The translations under genes and the position numbers were made by a program. The notes below the pieces were generated by a model. That model searched no databases. It was not told the origin of the DNA and saw nothing but the letters and a program-made list of their open reading frames with translations. This document shows, in pieces, positions 57,398 to 64,000 of a DNA stretch of 64,000 nucleotides. How positions within the stretch are numbered: the first letter of the stretch is position 1; each line of letters opens with the position of its first letter. This DNA is from a virus. Where the stretch lies: the IMG/VR virus record IMGVR_UViG_3300045988_170943, positions 192,001-256,000 of that record. One strand, 5' to 3'.

Positions 57398-58237
57398 ATG
57401 AAGCGATTCGTCATGACCCCAGTCGCTTTCTTGATCGTTGTGGGCCTGATCTATGGGGTAGCCCAGATCAACGGAATTCACAGCATCAAGGACGCCCTGA
57501 ACTACATGCGCGTGATCAGTGACGAAACGGGCACGAAAGTCAACAACTGCGTTGGCGGGAAGGACTGCAAGATCCTGCCTGACGGGTCCACCACACCAAC
57601 AGGATCCGCGGACCAGGGGGCAGTCAGCAGCGGCAGTCAGGCCGATACGAGCGGGGGAAGCACCTCAAACGGGCAGGAGAGCAACAGTGGGGCTGAGGCA
57701 CCCACTGGTGACAACAAGTACCAGGCGGCCCTGAATAACCTGGCCATTGCGCCAGCAAAAAAGGTCGCCTACAAGCGTAGCGAGTGGAAGCACTGGGTGG
57801 ACGTCAACGGCAAGTGCAACGCCCGCGAGCAGACCCTTGTCAACCAGGGTAAGAACGTCAAGACCGACACCAAAACCTGCCGGGTTCTCAGTGGCACCTG
57901 GGTTGACCCCTACAGTGGGGAAACCATCACCAACCCCAAGAACATCGACATTGATCACGTAATCCCCCTGGGGTATGTGGCGAGAAGCGGCGGGCAGGAC
58001 TGGAGTCCACAGAAGAAACAGGAGTACGCCAATGACGTGGACACTGTTCTGCTGGTGACATCCGCGAAGGAGAACCGGTCCAAGTCTGACAAGGGACCAG
58101 CCGACTACATGCCACCAAACAGTGCTTACGCCTGCACATACGCCCAGAAGTGGATCGACATTGCCGGAAAGTACCAGATCAGCATCACTCAGGCTGACAA
58201 ACAGACCCTATCCGACGCTCTCACCAAGTGTAAATGA
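57398..58237 (+). CDS. Secreted His-Me finger (HNH/DUF1524-type) nuclease.
   Basis: Signal peptide MKRFVMTPVAFLIVVGL. KNIDIDHVIPLGYVARSGG...DVDTVLLVTSAKENRSKSDKGPADYMP matches the DUF1524 / GmrSD C-terminal nuclease pattern (D-H-x-x-P ... N). Confidence 0.55.
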   Translation: MKRFVMTPVAFLIVVGLIYGVAQINGIHSIKDALNYMRVISDETGTKVNNCVGGKDCKILPDGSTTPTGSADQGAVSSGSQADTSGGSTSNGQESNSGAEAPTGDNKYQAALNNLAIAPAKKVAYKRSEWKHWVDVNGKCNAREQTLVNQGKNVKTDTKTCRVLSGTWVDPYSGETITNPKNIDIDHVIPLGYVARSGGQDWSPQKKQEYANDVDTVLLVTSAKENRSKSDKGPADYMPPNSAYACTYAQKWIDIAGKYQISITQADKQTLSDALTKCK

Positions 58238-58284
58238 GCGCCCCTGTAGTTAACCCCGAACGTCAGTAACCAAGGAAGGTTCAC

Positions 58285-59142
58285 ATGTCAACAGCCGCCA
58301 ACCGAGCCAAGGCTGCCGAAAGGTTCAGGCAGCAGAAGAACCAGGCGGAACACAGTAACTACGATGTTGGTGCCAGCCATATGAGCATCGAAGGGAAGTT
58401 GCGCCTCCTAGAGGAGATGGACCGTGGCGACCTTGTTGGCATCTTCAAGGAATGGCAGCCTAAGGTATCGAAGCGTCGCCGCCGTGGCGCTCCGCTGGAT
58501 CAGCGTGTCTCCATCACCGTCACCGACATGGAGCGCACCAACCTGAACGACGAAATCAAGACGATCAAGATGACTGAGAACATAAGCATGAGCCAGTTCA
58601 TCCGTAACAGGGCCATAGCCTCCGTCGATATCGTTGGGTGGCGTGACATCGCAGAAAAGGCGCTCGCGGAGATCGAGGACACAGTAAAGAACCAGGCGGC
58701 CATGCGCAAAAAGCGGTCCGCCTTGAACCTCCAGGCAGACGAGGAGACAGACCCCGCGACCGCAGCCTACATTCGGGCACAGGTTGACGACATCACCCGC
58801 CGCCTGGATCGCATCGTCTCCAAGCCACAATCCCGTAAACGTCGCCTGTCAGGCCGCATGTCTATGCCTGAGGCGGAGCAGGTGAAGTGGCGCGCACAAC
58901 GCCTCTGCATCTCTACGAGTGACTATCTGCGGATGATGATCTTCAACCTGGAGCCGAACGGTATTGCCGACTGTCACATGAGCCTGGACGCGAAGCGCCT
59001 CTTCTACATCTCGATCATCGAGGTTGCTCAGAACGGTTGGGGTACTCCACCATCTATCTACCAGTGCTCCCAGTGTGAGAACTACATGGATGAGATTAGG
59101 CGTCTGCGCAGTGAGGTTGACCAGTTGCGCGCATTCACGTAA
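58285..59142 (+). CDS. Tandem ribbon-helix-helix protein, a MobC-like relaxosome accessory candidate.
   Basis: Two RHH-like blocks: RVSITVTDMERTNLNDEI and RLSGRMSMPEAEQVKWRAQRLCISTSDYLRMMI. The second resembles MobC R-x-V-R-L-T-P-E-E...S-x-S-x-Y-x-R. Confidence 0.45.
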   Translation: MSTAANRAKAAERFRQQKNQAEHSNYDVGASHMSIEGKLRLLEEMDRGDLVGIFKEWQPKVSKRRRRGAPLDQRVSITVTDMERTNLNDEIKTIKMTENISMSQFIRNRAIASVDIVGWRDIAEKALAEIEDTVKNQAAMRKKRSALNLQADEETDPATAAYIRAQVDDITRRLDRIVSKPQSRKRRLSGRMSMPEAEQVKWRAQRLCISTSDYLRMMIFNLEPNGIADCHMSLDAKRLFYISIIEVAQNGWGTPPSIYQCSQCENYMDEIRRLRSEVDQLRAFT

Positions 59143-59196
59143 ACCACACCACCCCAAAAGGAAATATGGTTAGGGCAGTAAACCCCAAACACAACG

Positions 59197-59232
59197 AAAA
59201 GACCTCCTCGTTATAATTAGGGGGTCTTTTTT
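59197..59232 (+). terminator. Rho-independent terminator. Stem aaaagacctcct / agggggtctttt with one G-U wobble, then a T tract.
   Basis: Read directly after the stop at 59142. Confidence 0.6.
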
Positions 59233-59292
59233 GTTGTGATATTGCGGAGTACTGTATCGCGTACTGAAAGTTCCAGGAGGGGCTGCAAAATA

Positions 59293-59823
59293 ATGAGAAA
59301 GTTCCTCAAGGGCCTTAACTCAGACCGGGGAGAATCCCTCGTGTCAGTGCTCATCGTCATGCCGCTACTCGTCGTCATGCTTGTCACCATGGTTGACTTC
59401 AGCGTCTACATCCTCAACCAGGGGCAGGTACGCGCAGCAGCCCGAGACGCAGCCCGAACCGTCGCCATCTACGGAGGAAACGGAACCAGCAGCGGACAGA
59501 TCACCCCCATCGCCAAAGCATACGGCACTATCGAGTCATGCCCCAACCACACGTCGGCAGAGTGCTCCCTCATCAAGAAACTAGACAAGGACAGCGCCCT
59601 CGTCCACTCCCAGGTGAAAAACGTTCAGTGCACCCCTAGCATCGCCACCAAAATAGGTCAGAACGTCCACTGTGACGTCACCTGGGAGTACAAGGGCATC
59701 GCCGGATCCGCTCTACCGCTCATGCGCACCATCGGCGGGCTCAGCGGAGAAGTCAGCACACGAGGCACATCCGAGTCCGAGGTCCGCTACGACGGGGCAC
59801 AGGACCTCGTTTACACCAACTGA
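59293..59823 (+). CDS. TadE/TadG-like pseudopilin (Flp pilus assembly).
   Basis: RBS AGGAGG. N-terminus GESLVSVLIVMPLLVVMLVTMVDFSVYIL...AAARDAARTVAI is typical of the TadE-like N-terminal domain. Confidence 0.55.
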   Translation: MRKFLKGLNSDRGESLVSVLIVMPLLVVMLVTMVDFSVYILNQGQVRAAARDAARTVAIYGGNGTSSGQITPIAKAYGTIESCPNHTSAECSLIKKLDKDSALVHSQVKNVQCTPSIATKIGQNVHCDVTWEYKGIAGSALPLMRTIGGLSGEVSTRGTSESEVRYDGAQDLVYTN

Positions 59824-59843
59824 CGGCAGAGGGACGAGAACAC

Positions 59844-60506
59844 ATGCGAACATTCCGCCGCTACCGCCTCAAAAACCTACTAAACCACCTCTGCCGTAAC
59901 ACCAGCCTGGGTTTCAAGTCCGACGACGGCGATGGGGCCCTCACCCTGTCTATCGTGTTCGTGCCACTCGCCGTCATCTGTCTTGGGCTCACCATCAACA
60001 CGAGCCAGGTCGTGTCCAACAAATTCGAGTACGACACGATAGCCCAGTCATCCGCCGAGACCGCAGTGAAAACCATTGACGCGCGCGGAAACCTCGACGA
60101 GAAAGCCATCAAGGCACTCATCCGGGAGCACCGAGAACAGATGGAAGCCAGCACCGCATACTCCGGGACCTGCAACATCCAAGAGATCAATGGGAAGAAA
60201 GTCACCCTCCCCTACTACGAAGTGCGGCTAGAGACATCACGCAACGTCAAAGGTCGCCGCGTCAGCAGCACCTACAAGATAGACTCCTCCAACCCGAACA
60301 CTGTTGACGTGCCCGACATTGAAAACAAGAACACCCCATACAGGGTCATCTCAGCGGAAGTGTACACGGCCACATCCTCCCCATTCGTCGCTATCGGACT
60401 GCAACCCTGCAACTATCACAAGTCCACCGTAAGCGCCATCAGTTTCGGAAGCAACAGGGACCTCGGCGGCACCCACACCAAAGCAAAAAAGACCCCGAAA
60501 CCCTAA
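59844..60506 (+). CDS. Second TadE-like/pseudopilin-like membrane protein.
   Basis: N-terminus GALTLSIVFVPLAVICLGLTINTSQVV, which has a similar layout. Confidence 0.4.
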   Translation: MRTFRRYRLKNLLNHLCRNTSLGFKSDDGDGALTLSIVFVPLAVICLGLTINTSQVVSNKFEYDTIAQSSAETAVKTIDARGNLDEKAIKALIREHREQMEASTAYSGTCNIQEINGKKVTLPYYEVRLETSRNVKGRRVSSTYKIDSSNPNTVDVPDIENKNTPYRVISAEVYTATSSPFVAIGLQPCNYHKSTVSAISFGSNRDLGGTHTKAKKTPKP

Positions 60507-60701
60507 CAGAACAAGCCATACACTCCACCCGCGTTACCCGCAGCCCATCGCAAAAGCCGCGCACTTAGGGGTGCGGGTAACATGTGCATGAGCGTGGATA
60601 TTCGCTCACAAGAATCGACAGGCCAAGACCCACCGAAACAAGAAGAGGCGACAGCCAAAACTGGTGGGCCACTGGTACCATCGGGACGTTAGGACAACAC
60701 A

Positions 60702-62132
60702 ATGGGCGATCACAGCACCCCCGTCGGGCTCACAGAGGAACTACGCGGGAGGACGGTGGTCGCAGACACATCCAGCCTCCTCATGGTAGGTACGGGACTT
60801 CTCAACGTCCTCCAAGACTGCACCCTCGTCATCCCAGCGGTCGTTGTCCGTGAACTAGAAGACAAACGGTCCCACCCAACAATCGGTCTCCTGTCCCGCC
60901 AATGGATCCGTCTCCTCGAAGAATTACGGGTCACCCAAGGCGGAAAACTCGCCGAAGGAGTATCAGCACCCGCGCCCTGGGAAGACATCACCATCCGTGT
61001 CGAACCCAACCACAGGGATCAGAAGTCCCTCCCCGAGCACCTACAGGACGGAAGCCACGACAGCACCATCCTCGCAGTCGCCAACAACCTCCGCCAGGAC
61101 GGAGACAAGAACGTCATCCTCCTGTCCAACGACACCCCCATGCGCCTGCACTCCACCCTCGACTTGAACATTGACGCCATCGAGTTCAACGCCACAAGAG
61201 TTCTTGACGCCACCCCATTCGACGGGCGCTACACAGTGACCCTCACCAGCAGCGAGTGTGCCAACAGCAACTACTGGGGCGAGAAAGACGGCAGCAAGGG
61301 CCTGGAGCGGGTAGAAGACCTGATCCTGTCCCGCCTCCCAGAGGACAGGGCAGAGAACGCCTACATCACCATCACCCTGGATGATGCTGACAGCAAGCCC
61401 ATCGCGCACCTGATCCTCACTGGAGACACGCTCACCCCGGTCGCACGCAAGGTGAAGTCAGAGAGCATCACTGGCCGCACCATCGAACAGGACGTCGCCA
61501 TGACCTGGCTGAAGATGCCCGCTAGCCAGGTACCCATCGTGTCCCTCGGAGGGTCAGCAGGAACCGGCAAGACTCTCGTCGCTGTCGCCACCGGCATCAA
61601 CGAACTCAAGTACCACTACGACAAGATCATCGTGTTCAGGTCCCTGCACGAACTCGGGCAAGGGCAGGAGATCGGTTTCCTTCCTGGAGACGTCAATGAC
61701 AAGATGGCCGCATGGTCCGGGGCAGTGTTTGACGCCATCGACGTTATCGCCTCCAAGGGCCGCAGCAAGACCCAGGGTAAACCTGACGACAACAAGATCA
61801 AAAAGTACAAGGAAATGGTGGAGATTGCACCCATCACATTCCTCCGAGGCCGGTCCCTGGCGCGCACATTCATGATCCTGGAAGAGGCACAAAACTTCTC
61901 ACGCAACGAAATTCTGAACATCCTGTCCCGCGCTGGTGAGGGGTCCAAGGTGGTCCTCACGTTCGACGCAGCCCAGGTTGACAACCGGTTCCTCCAGTCC
62001 GGGAAGCACGCAGACATCTGGAGCGTTGTTGACAGTCTCAAGGACAGTGACCTTTTCGCACACATCACCCTGAAGCAAACTGAACGCTCCGAGGTAGCAG
62101 AACTGGCTGCATCAATACTGGAGAACCAGTGA
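60702..62132 (+). CDS. PhoH2-type protein, with an N-terminal PIN domain fused to a PhoH-like P-loop ATPase.
   Basis: PIN VVADTSSLL...NDTPMRL. Walker A LGGSAGTGKT. PhoH-like block ITFLRGRSL...ILEEAQN. Confidence 0.65.
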   Translation: MGDHSTPVGLTEELRGRTVVADTSSLLMVGTGLLNVLQDCTLVIPAVVVRELEDKRSHPTIGLLSRQWIRLLEELRVTQGGKLAEGVSAPAPWEDITIRVEPNHRDQKSLPEHLQDGSHDSTILAVANNLRQDGDKNVILLSNDTPMRLHSTLDLNIDAIEFNATRVLDATPFDGRYTVTLTSSECANSNYWGEKDGSKGLERVEDLILSRLPEDRAENAYITITLDDADSKPIAHLILTGDTLTPVARKVKSESITGRTIEQDVAMTWLKMPASQVPIVSLGGSAGTGKTLVAVATGINELKYHYDKIIVFRSLHELGQGQEIGFLPGDVNDKMAAWSGAVFDAIDVIASKGRSKTQGKPDDNKIKKYKEMVEIAPITFLRGRSLARTFMILEEAQNFSRNEILNILSRAGEGSKVVLTFDAAQVDNRFLQSGKHADIWSVVDSLKDSDLFAHITLKQTERSEVAELAASILENQ

Positions 62133-62272
62133 CCTAAAACTAGCCGCAAACAGGCAGTGGCAAAAAGAAGGCGGTCGATATTTTTCGGGATATTGGCCGC
62201 CTTCTCGCACATATTTTGACACATCGGGCTGGCCTAAGAACACCCGCGAACTAACATTTTGAGGTTTGGCAG

Positions 62273-64000
62273 ATGGTCGCAGAGAACGGCACATTCTACA
62301 TCACCCCAGGTGTAGGTACCAGTACACACAGTGCCGTCAACCGTGCATGGACAAGGGTGGCGTCCACTGTCGCCGTATTCTTCGCGCTCGTCGCCATCAT
62401 ACTGTCCACCATCACCGCCACCCCCCTGGGGCAAGCAACAGCATCCAGCCACACTGCACAAGCCGGAACATTCGGGATCTTCTGCTCAGAGATAATGGGC
62501 AGCAACATGGACTCCCAGGCGAAATGGTACCAGTGGCTCAAGTCCTACCCGGCCTCAGACAAGGATGGCCGTCGTCTCACCGCCCAGGAGGCCCTAGAGA
62601 ACGGGCTTTTCTTTGTCAACTACCATGGCGAAGGTAAAGGTGATTTCCTGGTCAAAGACAAGTCTGACGAATCCTACAAGGAGCACTCTAAGACTGATGA
62701 GGCCAAACTGAAGGCCAGCAGAACTCTCAATAACTGCGCCCTCAACTCTATCGGTGTCTGGACTGCCAATGATCTTCTTGGTATTGCCAACGGGCTGTCC
62801 GGCATCACCCAGTACATTGTGATGCACACGTTCGACTCGAACATGATCTGCTCCGATGCGAAAGACACGACCGGCGACTGTTTCAACATGCTGAAAATCA
62901 TTGGTGGTACAGGAGCAAACGGCCGCGAGTCAGCGAACGCCAACAAAGGCGGAATCATCGGGGCGCTCACCGGGTCACTGTTCTTCCCGCTCGCGTCGCT
63001 CGTATTCATCGCAGTTGGTGTCGGAGTATTCATTAAACTAGCAAAGATGAAAATCCGGGACATCTTCTTCGGTGTCCTGTGGGCGTTCATCGCCTACATG
63101 GTCAGTCTCATCATGCTGCTGAACCCGTCCCTGCTCGCTAAAGCCCCACTGGCAGTATCCAACACAATAGCGTCCTGTGTGATCGGGGCGTTCAGTGGTG
63201 GCGTCTGCGGAACAAACAACTCTGGAACCCTCCAGGAGAACGAATCCACGTCAGACGCCGTTTGTCGTGCGTATGCGAACAACAGCGACCCGTCCAGCGA
63301 CATGCAGATGATCGCTGGGTCGCTCACCTGTAAGATCTGGAAAGCGTTCGTGCTGAACATGTACGCTGAGGGATCTTTCGGGACGGGGTTCGACAACCTG
63401 GACACACTTGACAAGAACAGGCCCACCAATAAAATACTCACCGATGCTGGTCTCAAACCAGAAGACTACTGTGTGAACTTGTACACAGAAAAGAGCATCG
63501 ACAGCCAGAAGAACGGGGTACTCACCACCACCGACAACGGTGACGGAAACAAGATCTGTAACCTAGTCACATACCAGATGTACCTGGAAACCAGCGTGAA
63601 ATCCGGTGAAGACACCCTGCCGGACACAGGGAAGATAGACACCCGCTGGTACGAGGTAATTGACGCGGCAGCCGCCAACAACGGGTTCTGGTCCTCCTGG
63701 TCCGGCAGCATGTCCAGCACGTTCAACAAGAACGGTATCGCCCTCCTTGCCATCTTCGTTGTCGTCCTCGGCGGTCTCGTCCTCATCGTCACATCCCTGT
63801 ACGCCGCCGTCTACTTCATCTCCTCCATTATCCTCATGGCTTTCAGCCCGATCTTCCTGCTCATCGGCATCGACCCTGACAGGGGGCGCAGAATCCTCCT
63901 CGGGTTCTTCCAGAAGGTCGCCACCAACGTGATGAAGTACATCGCGTCCGCTGGGTTCCTCGTCGCCAGCATCGCCATGTATGGGGGCATCCTCGATGAC
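62273..64000 (+). CDS. Polytopic membrane protein that continues past the window end. It is VirB6/TrbL-like (a conjugal transfer channel component).
   Basis: Open reading frame from the ATG at 62273 to beyond 64000, not listed in the track. Signal/TM VASTVAVFFALVAIILSTITA and at least four further hydrophobic helices (IIGALTGSLFFPLASLVFIAVGVGVFI, VLWAFIAYMVSLIMLL, IALLAIFVVVLGGLVLIV, SSIILMAFSPIFLLIGI). Confidence 0.5.
   Translation, partial: MVAENGTFYITPGVGTSTHSAVNRAWTRVASTVAVFFALVAIILSTITATPLGQATASSHTAQAGTFGIFCSEIMGSNMDSQAKWYQWLKSYPASDKDGRRLTAQEALENGLFFVNYHGEGKGDFLVKDKSDESYKEHSKTDEAKLKASRTLNNCALNSIGVWTANDLLGIANGLSGITQYIVMHTFDSNMICSDAKDTTGDCFNMLKIIGGTGANGRESANANKGGIIGALTGSLFFPLASLVFIAVGVGVFIKLAKMKIRDIFFGVLWAFIAYMVSLIMLLNPSLLAKAPLAVSNTIASCVIGAFSGGVCGTNNSGTLQENESTSDAVCRAYANNSDPSSDMQMIAGSLTCKIWKAFVLNMYAEGSFGTGFDNLDTLDKNRPTNKILTDAGLKPEDYCVNLYTEKSIDSQKNGVLTTTDNGDGNKICNLVTYQMYLETSVKSGEDTLPDTGKIDTRWYEVIDAAAANNGFWSSWSGSMSSTFNKNGIALLAIFVVVLGGLVLIVTSLYAAVYFISSIILMAFSPIFLLIGIDPDRGRRILLGFFQKVATNVMKYIASAGFLVASIAMYGGILDD

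Noticed and set aside
62266-62637. Track ORF 62266-62637 (MADGRRER...).
   Set aside because: It is in a different frame from the long open membrane-protein ORF that starts at 62273, and its translation is Arg/His-rich and spurious.

Overview
This 64-kb window is GC-rich (about 60% by eye), actinobacterial-type DNA that is densely coded on both strands. It reads as part of a large mobile genetic element (conjugative plasmid, ICE or phage-plasmid-like) rather than core chromosome. No rRNA, tRNA or CRISPR array was found. Start codons are often fused to the upstream stop as ATGA, indicating translational coupling.

Walking left to right, the content is:

- **71–3184:** an operon of an acidic membrane protein followed by two tandem NERD-domain proteins.
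- **3395–7609, minus strand:** a three-gene membrane/TelA-like operon.
- **9041–10570:** a solo IS605-family TnpB element with visibly lower GC than its surroundings.
- **10752–14710:** a HAD hydrolase, a secreted beta-helix protein behind an AT-rich promoter region, and a small membrane protein.
- **14851–24785:** phage-like DNA and RNA metabolism genes, namely a YqaJ/DEDDh fusion exonuclease behind a consensus promoter, a minimal nucleotidyltransferase, a CAP-domain lipoprotein, a methyltransferase-like protein, a T4-type polynucleotide kinase-phosphatase, and a protein carrying a shared N-terminal Cys module.
- **25021–25650:** a DivIVA-like coiled-coil protein.
- **25822–30240:** a complete NAD salvage operon, pncB-nadE-pncA, ending in the NrtR regulator, with a palindromic operator just upstream. 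NrtR is the regulator that responds to ADP-ribose.
- **30578–31339, minus strand:** a divergent P-loop kinase that looks like a dNMP kinase.
- **32227–48862:** a replication module behind a 0.9-kb non-coding stretch, comprising an orphan GyrB-like topoisomerase subunit, a Prim-Pol primase, an 865-aa GHKL ATPase, a circularly permuted ThyX-like protein, a SipW-type signal peptidase, oligoribonuclease, NrdH and DnaG.
- **49044 to the window end:** a conjugation-like module, comprising a coupling-protein ATPase, a small pilin-like membrane protein, a secreted His-Me nuclease, a tandem ribbon-helix-helix MobC-like protein, two TadE-like pseudopilins, a PIN-PhoH ATPase and a VirB6/TrbL-like membrane protein that runs off the end.

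The best candidates for an undescribed system are listed below. All family assignments come from motif reading alone and need a homology search.

- **NAD salvage with NrtR:** this sits on a mobile element and could act against NAD-depleting defences.
- **NERD pair:** two tandem NERD proteins coupled to an acidic membrane protein.
- **T4-like Pnkp:** a polynucleotide kinase-phosphatase that could repair tRNA cut by anticodon nucleases.
- **Permuted ThyX-like protein:** the first ThyX motif sits at the C-terminus instead of the N-terminus.
- **Cys module:** three proteins share an N-terminal Cys-containing module.
- **Orphan GHKL and GyrB-like proteins:** an 865-aa GHKL ATPase and a GyrB-like subunit, neither with a recognisable partner.
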